The translations under genes were made by a program, and so were the position numbers. Positions 25,001 to 37,512 of a DNA stretch of 43,505 nt are shown in pieces. The stretch covers positions 1 through 43,505 of the forward strand of contig NW_021835021.1 of the NCBI RefSeq assembly GCF_006345805.1, read 5' to 3'. The notes under the pieces are model-generated. The model searched no databases. It saw only the letters and a list, made by a program, of their open reading frames with translations, and was not told the DNA's origin. This stretch comes from Octopus sinensis (lineage: Eukaryota). Within the stretch, counting starts at the first letter, position 1, and every line of letters begins with the position of its first letter.

Positions 25001-25729
25001 CACATTCGGACTTTTTAATATTGATAACAATAACCGGTTGATAATATGTAATTGTAATAAGCGTCTTCCGCAGCATATGGTAATATGAACCCGAGATACT
25101 ACGATGTTTGTCTACAAGGTTGGATGATCATAGCTAGAAGACTTTTGATTATAGGTCTGCTCAATCAGAACCGACACAATCAAGGTAGCTAATACTACTA
25201 AGCAACGCATTCGATTATGTAGGGACCTCGTTAAATTCCTTCGAATCGCTTGAAGCTTTTCAGATTTTCACTAAATTACTTAAAAAAAAATTACTTTTGA
25301 TGTTTTGCTGATGAGGAAAATCGAATAATTTTTTATTCTAGAAACCGATAATAAAAAAGTTTCAGGCATTTAAAATTATGTACTTTTAACTCATCAAAAA
25401 CATCAATTGTTGATGTTATCGTTTAAGCTGATCTCTGTTGCCATGGAAATGAACATACTGGAAACCTTTACGTGGTCTTTTGACCTACTAGAAATAGCAG
25501 CAAAATCTTCTTTAACCTACACCATAGCATGTAAAAAAAACAAGAATGATGAAACACTGCCCTACAGCACCGTTCATGTCCGAAGCCTTTCCACTTGTTC
25601 TGTTGTTGTTAATATCTAAATTCAAGTCAATCTCCACGGATTCAATCTTTTATCGATCTCACCTTGATACGCTCACTGTGCGTAAGAGATCGATTTTGAA
25701 TATATTTTCTTTTTTGTTTATGATAAGAT

Positions 25730-25970
25730 GGCTTAGAGGTTAAGGTGTTGCACTCGGGATCGCGTGATGGCGGTTTCAACCCACTTCATCGCACGTTGCT
25801 CTCTGTGTACTTTGACACCGGATCCGTGGTACACTTGTGCATCTGTTCAGGCAACGTAGATTCGATGGAGGGATCGAGCTTATATGCGGCGGCACAACCA
25901 TTTGACCATTATAAAGCAAACCATCTGTCCTGGATGTTCAGCAAGACATTGCAGAACCGTCTTTCTTAAA
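25730..25970 (+). mobile_element. Old tRNA-derived SINE remnant
   Basis: TGGCTTAGAGGTTAAGG (A-box-like) followed by GGTTTCAACCC (B-box-like), then a diverged body. Confidence 0.4.
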
Positions 25971-26007
25971 ATACGAGATACTTACCATCGCCATCATGAT
26001 AAAAATG

Positions 26008-26441
26008 GGATCTTTTCTAAAAGATGGACATAATTTCTACTTAACTAAATAATTTGAAACTTCGTATACTGGTAGAATGTGTCAAAAGAAAACACTAATT
26101 TCAATTAGTTTTTTTGAGAAGATTGTATTTTGTAACTTTTACGTAGTTTAATTCTTCGAATTTTAACCAATGAAATCCCAGCATTTGAGCTAAATTCAGT
26201 TGCTGTGTCTAAGTAAACAGCAGACACACACACACACGCACACGTGTTATTCATCCATCACTTCTGTCTTCTGTCTTCTGCAGGTGCTAGAAATAACAGC
26301 TATATCTCTTAAATCGATGAATTTCGTCGCCCAATAAAAACTAATTGAAATTAATGTTTTCTTTTGACACATTCTACCAGTATACGAAGTTTCAAATTAT
26401 TTAGTTAAGTAGAAATTCTGTCCATCTTTTAGAAAAGATCC
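26008..26441. mobile_element. MITE with about 105-bp TIRs and perfect 8-bp TSD (TAAAAATG)
   Basis: GGATCTTTTCTAAAAGATGGACA... is inverted at 26334-26441. TAAAAATG occurs at 26000-26007 and 26442-26449. Confidence 0.9.
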
Positions 26442-27700
26442 TAAAAATGTCGTGGGTGGAGAACGAACTGGTTGCCACGTTTTTCTTTTAACTAAAAAGC
26501 TCCAAACGGTTGGAAGAAACTAAGCAAAATCTTAATGTGGTCCTAGATACACTATGTCCGAATAAAAGATGGAATGGTCATAGTTATAACAATTTCGATC
26601 AGAGGTCTGATAGGTCGGAGATGGCCTGGGGTTAAACGGCAACAACGACCACATTGCATTAAACCCAGCCAAGAAAGGCCGCCTTTCAGTATGTGACATT
26701 TACCCAAGAATGTACCTCGAGCCACCCACATCGCCCCCAACCACCCCTGAACTTGGGTTTAGACTCGCCCTACAAGGTTGGCGGGAAGTTGGAGATGGTG
26801 TAGACTTGAATGTCACCCGCACGAGGCGTCTGTCTCCCATAGTAACAACAACAACAACAACTTGTTACTGTCACCCGGTACGTCGGGTACGCATACCTTC
26901 TACCATTGTACCCCACCTCGTTTTCGCAAACCAGTTTCAAAACCTGCTCCAACCTCCCACACCACCACCACCACCGCTGCCATTTCTACCACTGCTACCA
27001 CCGCCGCCACCACCACCACAACAACAATAATACGGCTACCTCTGTCTTTACACCAAAAGCACAACCTACGACAATGTCACCAATATAAGCCACAATCACA
27101 GCCACACCCTCCAACTAAACCATCTCTACCACCGCCGTTGCCGCCACTGCCACCACCACCACCCCGCCGCCGCCGCCACCACCACCACCACCACCACCAA
27201 CACCACCACCACCACCAATGTACGTTGGTCATGTGCCCTTTACCACAGATGCAGGTTGACTAATACACACACACACACTCTCTCACACACACACACATTC
27301 AAACACACACACACACACTCACACACACACACTCAAACACACACACACACACACACACTCACACACACACACTCACACACACACACACACATACATGCGT
27401 ATGCATATATATTCCTTTCCTTATTTTAGTTGTGGCCACGCTGGAACACTGTGTTGAAGTGTTTAGTCGATCATCTCGGCACCAGTACTTATTTTTTATG
27501 ACAGGCGCTTATTCTATCGATCCCTTTTTCTCGAAGTGCTAAGTTACAAAGATATAAACGAACCAACGGTGAGAGACAAAGACACATTTGCACAAACATA
27601 TACACATACATACATACACACACACACACATATATATATATATACATATATACCTTATTTATATATATATATATATATATAAAATATATAATTTATATAT

Positions 27701-27747
<47 letters not shown>

Positions 27748-27790
27748 CATATATATATACATGTGTGTATGTGTGCACGTGCACGTGTTC

Positions 27791-28155
27791 AGACGCAGCT
27801 GTGGCTCTGTGTTAAGAGCTTTCCTTTCCAAACACATGGTTCCGGGTTCAGTCCCACTGTGTTGCATCTTGGGCAAGTGTCTTCTACTTCTGTCTGTCTG
27901 TCTGTCTATCTGTCTGTCCCCATCTTTGTGCTTTTCTTTGTCTCCCTTGACTGCTGAACAACCGGTGATGTTTTTTGTTTTTTCTCACATTTCCCATAGG
28001 TTAGCCGTTCGACAAATAAAATAATAGACCGATAGAATAAGTACTAGGCTTAGAGAAAAATAAGTCCTGGGATCGATTTGTTCAAGTAAACCCTTCAAGG
28101 CGGTGCCACAGCATGGCCGCAGTCAAATGACTGAAAGAAGTAAATGGTAAAAGGC
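27791..28155 (+). mobile_element. SINE family B (head 27791-27888, 3' half about 27995-28155)
   Basis: CATGGTTCCGGGTTCAGTCCCACTG head and GACCGATAGAATAAGTACTAGGCTT...AAATGACTGAAA tail. Confidence 0.8.
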
Positions 28156-28264
28156 AAGATATAAAATGTCTGTGAGGTTTTGGATGAACAATATTTGACG
28201 AGCGGAAAGACACAACCACGTCTGTAAGATGGTATTGGATGGTTCTTTACCATTCTGTTGGTTC

Positions 28265-28575
28265 GCTTTGATTGGACGGATGAAACGCAAATGTTCACGT
28301 GATGTCGTGAGCATCATGGAGGTCGTTTTATGCAGCGTAACGGACAAAAGTCCTCTGGATCCGTTTGAGCCGATAAATAGAAATACACTCGGTTGCTATT
28401 GACGTCATCATTGTCCTGACAATGACTTTTTGAACGTTTTAATGGTGGCGGGGTTGGGGGTGTGGGGGGTGGGCGGTTGGGCGGTGGGTGAACAATGGTT
28501 GAGTGTGACGTCACAGATGTCATGAAAAGCCAGCGAATGACGTGTGACGCCACTTTCGTATCTGATTGGATACAA
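28265..28575. promoter_or_regulatory. Candidate promoter/enhancer motif cluster
   Basis: TGACGTCA at 28400 and 28506, ATTGG at 28271 and 28565, CACGTG at 28296, GGGCGG at 28471 and 28479. The DNA is CpG-rich and not recognisably a repeat. Confidence 0.45.
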
Positions 28576-29554
28576 TGGAAAAATAGTTGCATGGCGTGTC
28601 TTCTACACTGCATTTGTTGTATACAACACACCACCACCACACCACCACCACCACCGTGGCACACACACAGCGACCCCTTGTGTTTGTCTTGTTGAAGCAC
28701 ATACTGTCTTTACTGTGTTCTTGTTGTTCTTGTTGTTGTTCTCAACACACTGCTACACCATTATTCACTTTGGTATTTTACTTGTTTCTCTATTAAAAGT
28801 AACACAGCGACATTGTCTGTCCGTCAATCTGCCGCTTTGTCTGTCTGCCTGCCAGTCTGTTTGTCTATCTATCGATCTATCGATCTTATCTACCTACCTA
28901 TCTGTCTCTCTATCATCTCTGTGTCTGTCTGTCTGTCTCTCTCTCTCTGTCTATCTGTTTGCTATTTTGTTTGTATCTTCGTCTGTTTTTCTTTCTTATG
29001 TCTGTCTGTTTGTCTGTCTGTATGTATGTATACGTGTATGCATGTGTGTATGTGTGTGTATGCGTATTTATATATGTGTATATGCGTGAGTGTGCGACCG
29101 TGTGTGTGTATGTGTTTAGTTACTATAAACAACTTATATAATATAAAGCAAAATACTTCCAATTAAAAACAAGACATAAAAAGGCCGTTTTACTCATATT
29201 TTCATGAATGTATCAAAATTTTCGTCGCACCTCTGCGACCTAGTCGCTGGGGTACTGTTATCGGTAACCAGATCGAAGTCATATAATTAAAATTTTAGCA
29301 AACACCACGGAAAATAAACGATATACAAATAAATTATTTGAAATCTTTTGTACAGAACTGGCTAAAAATTGCTTCCAAAAAAAGAAATTTCTATTTCTTC
29401 CTATTAACAATCAATAACATTGGCAAATAATGTTATTTCTATTTGAAATTATGCCCAATATCATAGGTTTTAAAAAGAAAAGCAAGTTCTAAGCCGATCA
29501 AAGTATACCGCCTGTCCTGTTCTACAATATGGTGTTTGTACATGTTGTAGATAT

Positions 29555-29755
29555 GTCGGTGAGCTGATAGAATCATTAACACGTCGGACTAAACGCTTAG
29601 CAGTATTTCTTCCGGCCCTTTACGTTCTGAGTTTAAATCCCGTCGAGGTCAACTCTGCCTTTCATTCCTTTGGGATCGATAAAATGAAGTAACAATCAAA
29701 TACTGGTGAGGTCGATGTAATCAATTTTCTCCCACCTTTCAAAATGGCTGGCCCC
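29555..29755 (+). mobile_element. SINE family A (diverged)
   Basis: GGTGAGCTGATAGAATC head and TTACGTTCTGAGTTTAAATCCCGTCGAGGTCAAC body. Confidence 0.75.
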
Positions 29756-30554
29756 GAAACCCTGCAACACGTATCGGGGTACCATTCAGGGTGGGATGTC
29801 GTGATCTCGGTCACGTATACACTGTAGAAACCAAGCGGGTAAACGGCTCCATGAGTCATTAAGGCTCGAGGAAAAAAAACAAAAGAAAACCCCCAAAAAC
29901 TAAATAAATAAATAAATAAATAAAAAGCAAAAGAAACTACACACACACATGTTGTAAGTGTGCGAGATGCTACATGTGAACTTACATTTTACATATCGTG
30001 TTTCTGTATTTATACACGTTATACGTCACCATGTATAATATACCACATGTGGTAAAATACTAAACGATATAGTCATTGTCTGTTGTTGCTAAACTAGCAC
30101 AGCGGTACCGGCCATGTGGGTGCTAGATATAGCAGCAAGCACCACTGGCCTTGTGAGGGAAGAGAAGAACTTTTATTAGACAACGAGGTAGGCAGTTTTT
30201 TTCTTCTCTTTTCTTTCTTTCTATAACATATGTGAAACGTAATGAAACGTGTTGTCAGCAGAATTGCAGTTAAAGACAATAGAAAATATTTAAAAATACT
30301 GCGAATATACGCAGAAGAAATGTGGACGGCGACAGTAACCTCTGAGACGTTGTAATGACTGTGGTCTGTTGTTGAGAAACAGAATAGTTTATGATTTTAT
30401 GATGGCTGTAAAATCCGGTTGAATTGTATAACAGACACACACATAGTTGTGTGTGCATGTGTGTGTGTGTATGTATATATAAATATATATATACACACAC
30501 ATATATATACATCTATATATATATATATACATCTATATATATATATATAATATA

Positions 30555-30593
<39 letters not shown>

Positions 30594-31419
30594 CGAGTGT
30601 ATGTGTTTGTATGTATGCATGCGTGAAAGCGCATACATGCATTTATATACATACACACACACACATATATACATTTATATATATATACATGCATACATAC
30701 ACATACACATATATATACATGCATGCATAAATACATACATATATATATACACACACACATATATATATATACGTATTTACATATATGTATACATATATAT
30801 ATGCATATGTGTGCATATAAATGTTTAAAGATTGAGAGTGATGGATGAATAATCAAATACGATAAAGACACTTACTGTTGGGTGTGATGTGAGTGACATA
30901 GTTGTGAGTCAAGCAAAAGCGACAAAATGAAGAAACAAGGAAAACATACGTCAATATCATCATCATCATGGCCATCATCGCTATAATCATCTCTCTCGTA
31001 ATCACAGCCACCAATACCACCAACATCGTCACCACCACTACCATCATCATCATCATCATCATTGTTATTATCCTCATTTTCGTCATCGTCATCATCATCG
31101 AAACCGCCGTCTTCGTTTTGCGTCAGTTTTTCCACGCTGGCATGAACTGGAGGGATATTTTGGGGTAATGTCTTGCGGCCGGATGCCCTTCCCGTTGCCA
31201 ATCCTCTTAGTCACCTCGTGTAATATTAACAAGCACACAAAAATCTTTCCTTAGCTCTTTAATATAATGAATCCGATGTTTCCGTAAAGCGTCGAAAGCT
31301 GTTACAGGGTCAGTACAATAGTTGAAAAGTTAATTATTTTTCTAAAAATACTAATTGTTCTAGGAATATTCAACATTTAATAAAATATTAAAGATTTATT
31401 AAAAGAAATATGCACATAA

Positions 31420-31998
31420 GCGTACGAGTGGCTGTGTGGCAAGTAGCTTGCTTACAAACCACATGGTTCCGGGTTCAGTCCCACTGCGTGGCATCTTGGG
31501 CAAGTGTCTTCTACTATAGACTCGGGCTGACCAAAGCCTTGTGAGTGGATTTGGTTGACGGAAACTGAAAGAAGCCCGTCGTATATATGTATATATTGTT
31601 TCTCTCCTTGTTTTTTTCTGTGTATCTTTCTGTCGAAGAGCGTAGGCTCGAAACGTAAAAGACTTGTTCTATTCCTGAGCGCTATACTAATACATTTGCT
31701 TGTTTGTACTCCACCTGTATGTGTGTGTGTGTGTGTGTGTATGTGTGTGTATGTATGTGTGTGTGTGTGTGTGTGTTGTGTGTATGTTTGTGTGTCTGTG
31801 CTTGTCCCCCCAACATTGCTTGACAACCGATGCTAGTGTGTTTACGTCCCCGTGACTTAGCGGATCGACAAAAGAGACCGATAGAATAAGTACTAAGCTT
31901 ACAAAGAATAAGTCCTGTGGTCGACTTGCTCGACTAAAGGCGGTGCTCCAGCATGGCCACAGTCAAATGACTGAAACAAGTAAAAGAATAAAAGAAAG
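31420..31998 (+). mobile_element. SINE family B with a Penelope-like fragment inside its internal microsatellite
   Basis: Head at 31420-31580 and 3' half at 31795-31998 match the 12056 copy; extra sequence lies at 31596-31718. Confidence 0.85.
31625..31662 (+). ncRNA. Minimal type I hammerhead-like motif (A6 to U variant)
   Basis: UCUUU-CUGUCGA-A-GAGC-GUAG-GCUC-GAAA-CG-U-A-AAAGA. Stem I (5 bp) and stem II (4 bp) are perfect; stem III is palindromic ACGU. Confidence 0.55.
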
Positions 31999-32224
31999 AT
32001 TAATGCTGTAAGACGATTTGAAAGTATTAATTGCTTAACAGCATTTTCTTTGTTATTAAATTATGATTAATACAGGATGAGGTGAGTTTTAAACTGTTAT
32101 TATTGTATTGTTATTAAAACAAAACGTGTTTATTATGATAATTAAATGATAATTAAATCGTCAGCTGGAGATTATAACTTTCGATGCCATAAACCATTAA
32201 ATGGTTATTAAAAACATTAACTGG

Positions 32225-32572
32225 TCCTCAGTCGGTTACGACGACGAGTGCTTCAGTTGATCCAATCGGCGGAACATGTGTGCTCGTGAAATTAATGTGC
32301 TCGTGAAATTAATAAAGTGGCTGAGTGCTCCGCAGACATGCGTACGCTTGCTTAACGCAATTCTCAGGGAGATTCAGCGCGACACGGAATATAACGAGGT
32401 ACAAAGCTATTGGCCCTTTGAAATACAGATACTACTTATTTTTGCCAGCTGAATGGATTGGAGCAACGTGAAGTAAAGTGTCTTGCTCAAGGACACAACG
32501 TGCAGCCGAAAATCGAACTCACGACCTTGTGATAGTGAGCTGAATATCCTAAATACTAAACCACGTACCTTC
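32225..32572 (-). mobile_element. tRNA-derived SINE family D
   Basis: Minus-strand head with GGTCGTGAGTTCGAT and TTGTGTCCTTGAGCAAGACACTTTA. Its tail is shared with 36750-36925. Confidence 0.8.
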
Positions 32573-32654
32573 ATTCGTTACAAACGTTAAATGGCTGAAA
32601 AATGTTTGAGAGGAAATATCTCTTAAGTTATACTCGTTGACTTATACAATAGAT

Positions 32655-33063
32655 CAGCGCTTCTGAAACCGTGGGGCGCCAAAATTAAATTCAAGCATTT
32701 GAATTTCAGTTTTTATGTTATGTCACAAACGCACAAATCCCAAAACTACTTTTATTTTGACAAATAATATAACTACTTTTATATATTTATTGTTCAGCAA
32801 AAACTGTCCGATGAACGGCAACGGGAAACTCAGAGTAACAGGTTTTGCTGAATTTTCTGCTGCTTTAAATAAAGCATATTACTCTACCACTGGTATTTGA
32901 GTACTCTTTTTTCCACCTTGTTTCACATTTATGTGTTTACTCCGGTATATATATAATGATTTATGTATTTATTTGTATGTTTTATTTCATATTTAATACC
33001 TGGGGTCGGGAAAAATCTCGTGATGAAAAATGGTCATGAATGAAAAAAGTTTAAGAAGCACTG
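32655..33063. mobile_element. hAT (Charlie-like) MITE
   Basis: 15-bp TIRs CAGCGCTTCTGAAAC / GTTTAAGAAGCACTG (13/15 match). The 8-bp flanks CAATAGAT and CTGTAGAT match 6/8 and resemble the NTCTAGAN target preference. Confidence 0.75.
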
Positions 33064-33342
33064 CTGTAGATACATCGTCTGCTACTGATATATACTTGTG
33101 TTTTTTAACACAGAGCGTCCGGATGATATTTTATCTCCGTAGTTAAGTTGGCTTTTCGTAATGTAGTTGCGTTAAGTATGATACACAAATGCCTATTTTT
33201 ATTCTTCTTCTGTTACACATAATACATTCATACATGCATGCCTACATACATACATACACACATACATACTCACACATACACACACACACACACACGTATG
33301 CAAAGTAGCATAATGTAGTCGTGTGATATTTAAAGTTAAAAT

Positions 33343-33552
33343 AAGGTAGCAAGCTGGGAAAATCGTTAGCACACCGGGCAAAATGCTTAGCGACTTTTCG
33401 TCCGGCTTTCCGTTCTGATCCCAAATTCTACCGTGGTGATTTTGCCTTTCATCCTTTAGGGGCCGATAAAATAAGTTGAGCACTGGGGTCGATGTAATCG
33501 ACTTATCCCTCCTCCCCTCCAAATTTCCAGCCTTGTGCCAAAACTTGAAACC
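33343..33552 (+). mobile_element. SINE family A
   Basis: AATCGTTAGCACACCGGGCAAAATGCTTAGC head and GCACTGGGGTCGATGTAATCGACTT body. Confidence 0.8.
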
Positions 33553-33860
33553 CACGTTTGAGGTTAAAACTGGAATTGTTCAAAAGCCGGTACAATGCCG
33601 TTTGAAATGTAAAAGTGGAAACAGAAATGGCAGCCAACTGCCCTCCGAATGCAAAACCAGCAGAAAGGATAGACATTGCATTATGTCGTCCTTGATGGTG
33701 CAATGTGTGAAAATATAACGGGATGGTTGTGGGTGGAATGCTTTACATCATAGAGTCTGCTTGATCAGAACAAGAGTAACAGAGATAAAGGATTGCAACA
33801 ACAAGAAGAACAGCAACGAAAACAACAACAACAACAATAACGCCAACGACAGCAACAACA

Positions 33861-34226
33861 GGAGGCGCAATGGCCCAATGGTTAGGGCAGTGGACTCGCG
33901 GTCGGAGGATCGCGGTTTCGATTCCCAGACCGGGCGTTGTGTGTGTTTATTGAGCGAAAAGAATTAAAGCTCCAAGAGGCTCCGGTAGGGGGTGGTGCCG
34001 ACCCCCGTTGTACTCTTTCGCCCCAACTTTCTCTCACTCTTTCTTCCTGTTTCTTGTCTCCGACTTCCTACGCAACCGCTGAGCCTGGATGCGCATTCAT
34101 CCATCCGTCGATGCTCTCGGTCTCGGGGGTTGACCTGCTTTCTCTTCTGCGGGTCTTACGAATAGCAAAGGACCACGTTTCGGACTTCTCCCATCTTGCG
34201 AGCCCTGGGACGAAGACCGCTTCGCT
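33861..34226 (+). mobile_element. tRNA-derived SINE family C with (CAA)n-like tail
   Basis: GGAGGCGCAATGGCCCAATGGTTAGGGCAG...GGTTTCGATTCCC head with A and B boxes; CAA-rich repeats on both sides. Confidence 0.8.
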
Positions 34227-35801
34227 CAACAGCAACAACAACAGCAACAACAGCAAATTCATCGCTGTTCGTTGGTGATAGGGTGGCTCACTATATCAAT
34301 TTTAATGTAGCAGATCATGGGGTCGTCAGTGGGGGTGGTGGTCATGGTGGTGCTGGTGGTAGCCATGGTGGTCAGCCATTTCTCTTCCACCCCCACCACC
34401 ACTACCACCACCACCACCTCAATCATTACTACGGCCCACAACACCACAACCATTACAGCAGCCATCATCATTACACCGTCAGCACCATCAGCAGCACTAC
34501 CACCACAACCACCATCACAATCACCACAACCACCACTACCACTACCTTACCACCACCACCACCGCCGCCTCCGCCGCTGTCGGTCCCATGATTTACCTGG
34601 GCCCAGATCTCTTCAATTAGAACTCCATGCGTCAGGATATCTATCTCAATGGATATACCACATCTGTTTCGTAGGCAGATGTGTCGAAAAGGGATGGGAA
34701 GCGGGTAGTGGCGAGGCGGAGGATGTGTGTGTTTACATGTGGGTATAGGTGTGTGTGCCCGTGCGTGTGTAGTGAATCGTGGTGGTGGTGGTGGTGATAG
34801 TAGAATGGTGTAGGAATGTCTGTAGATGGTCGGGTGGTGATGGGGTAGAAGCGGGTAGAATGTTTGTGGGGTGTATTTGGTAGCTGAGAGAATAAGTGAG
34901 TCGAAAAGACAATTAATTGTTAAGTAAACACGTTGAATGGTGGGGAGAATGGAAGGGGTGTGGAGGTGGAAGAGAGTGTTGATGATGGTGATGATGATGT
35001 TGATGATGGTGGTGATGGCGATGGTGATGATGAATGGCTTCTACCCAGAATTTCCCTTTATTTTACACACATACATACATATGTATATATATGTATTTAT
35101 GCATATATGTATGTAAATGTACATATACATACATACATACATACATACATACATTATATATATATGTGTGTGTGTGTGTGTATGTATGTAAAGATATATA
35201 TGTATTTATATATATATATGTGTACATATGTGGTAGATATGTATGTGTGTAAACGTGTATATATATGTTTATATATGTATACACACACACATATATATAT
35301 GTGGTTTACACACACAAATTTATCTATGGGTATATATGTGTGTATGTATATATGTATATATATATATTTATAACTGTGTGTATATATACATGTGTATTAT
35401 TTTACATTACACACAGTCACGCTACTCTAAACATAAAGCAAAATATAAACAAACGCTTGTATAATTACAACTATACCCGCGCACAAGCGCATACACTTAC
35501 ACATATACACACACACATGCGCATGCGCGCACAACAACAGCAACAACACCAACAATATACAGTACATATAAATGAGACATAAGCCACAGACCACATATAA
35601 ATTTGTAGGCATCATCATCATCATCGTGATGATGATCATCGGTCATTATCATCCTCATTAACACCCTCGCTGCTGCCGCCAACACCATCACCACGACCAC
35701 CATTACGACGACGAGCACCACCACCACTACCACTACCACCACCACCACCACAACCAACACCACCACCACCACCACCACCACCACCACCACCACCACCAAC
35801 C

Positions 35802-35849
<48 letters not shown>

Positions 35850-35977
35850 GCAACAACATCAGTGGTATTAGAAGTGTTAAGTATATAATGAAATTTTAAC
35901 GTTTAAAAACGAAGTGAGAATATCCTATACATCTTTCTTTAGGGTTGAGTGTAATGAAAATAATAATAATAATAATG

Positions 35978-35978
<1 letters not shown>

Positions 35979-36061
<83 letters not shown>

Positions 36062-36092
36062 ATGATGATGATGATGATGATGATGATGATGG
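35979..36092 (+). repeat. (GAT)n microsatellite
   Basis: Directly visible. Confidence 0.95.
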
Positions 36093-36389
36093 TGATTTCT
36101 TTTATTGGCCACAAGGGCCCAAGACATGGAGGACTATATCGAAGGACGAGTACATACATACATTCACTCACACACACACACACACATTATAAAAACATGT
36201 GGGGTTTAGCATCAATCAAGGGGAGATCCTACCACATTATAGGATATAACAGAAAGGTGAGAAATAAATAATAAACAAATAAATAAATAGAATCCCCTAT
36301 AGCGGGGCAGTCCACTTACGGTAATCCGGGGTAATCCCAACAAAACATTCTGCATTATTCTGCCACCTCCAAGGCTTGGGAAAGCGCCC

Positions 36390-37468
36390 TCTGCTAGTTT
36401 CGTTCCTCCTGCTTAGAAAAGCAACAGTGGAGTACCAATCAAGACATGACAGAGTTGGCCAATATCTCCCGCTGGTAATTATATCGTATTTATAAAACCA
36501 AAACTGTTGACAAATGGCATAAGCACCAACCTGAGACTGTAATTGAGGGGGGAAATGTAGCAATTCTTTGGCAGTATCCATTATATACAGACCGTGGAGG
36601 CGCAATGGCCCAGTGGTTAGGGCAGTGGACTCGCGGTCATAGGATCGCGGTTTCGATTCCCAGACCGGGCAGGGGATGGTGGTGATCCCTGCTGTACTCT
36701 TTCACCACAACTTTCTCTCACTCTTACTTCCTGTTTCTGTTGTACCTATATTTCAAAGGGCCGGCCTTGTCACTCTCTGTGTCACGCTGAATATCCCCGA
36801 GAACTACGTTAAGGGTACACGTGTCTGTGGAGTGCTCAGCCACTTACACGTTAATTTCACGAGCAGGCTGTTCCGTTGATTCGGATCAACCGGAACCCTC
36901 ATCGTCGTAACCGACGGAGTGCTTCCAGTATATACAGACAGAACCATCAAAGCAAATAAGCCATATATTATTGTGAAAGACCAGAACAAGAAAGTCTGTT
37001 TATTGATCGACATGAATCTCTTGTAATCATGATATCTCAGCAAAAGAATTTGATAAGCTCAGAAAATATAAAGATTTGCTGATTGAAATTGAAAAAATGC
37101 GGCGCCTCATGTCATTTTATAATACCAATGATCACAGGGGCACTTGGAATGATCAATGTGAATCTGAAAATTATTTGGGGATGATCTCTGGCTTTCCATC
37201 CCTGCAAGAAGTGCAAAAGTTTGTCTTAACTGGTAACTGGCCACACGTATTGAGAAGAGAATTGTCACTGTGAATTTTTTCCTTTTATCTATCTTCTTTT
37301 TTTTCTCTTTTTCCTTTTTTCTATCACATGACTTTGTAAATGAGCAGTCTAATTTATTTATTTTAATCGCCTACCAATGCATACAGTGAGGTTTTCTTTT
37401 GCCCTAGGTGTCGGAAAGACACTCGGTAACGTAACAAATAGTAATTAAATTCAAAGAAGAAAAACTAA
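36390..37468 (+). mobile_element. R4/Dong-type endonuclease region and 3' UTR, interrupted by a SINE
   Basis: EYQSRHDRVGQYL..KTKTVDKWHKHQPETVIEGGNVAILW..YTDR, then the SINE, then YTDRTIKANKPYIIVKDQNKKVCLLIDM..KEFDKLRKYKDLLIEIEKM..ITGALGMI..SLQEVQKFVLTG..HVLRRELSL*. It ends at a (CAA)n tract. Confidence 0.85.
36593..36928 (+). mobile_element. Chimeric SINE (family C head plus family D-type tail) with 11-bp TSD
   Basis: TATATACAGAC occurs at 36582-36592 and 36929-36939. The head is nearly identical to that at 33861; the tail is the reverse complement homolog of 32225-32420. Confidence 0.85.
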
Positions 37469-37473
37469 ATAAC

Positions 37474-37507
<34 letters not shown>

Positions 37508-37512
37508 ACAAT

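Noticed and set aside
33861-33935. Possible tRNA genes (also 36596-36670 and 40396-40455)
   Set aside because: A and B boxes are present but there is no closed acceptor stem, and each continues into a SINE body.
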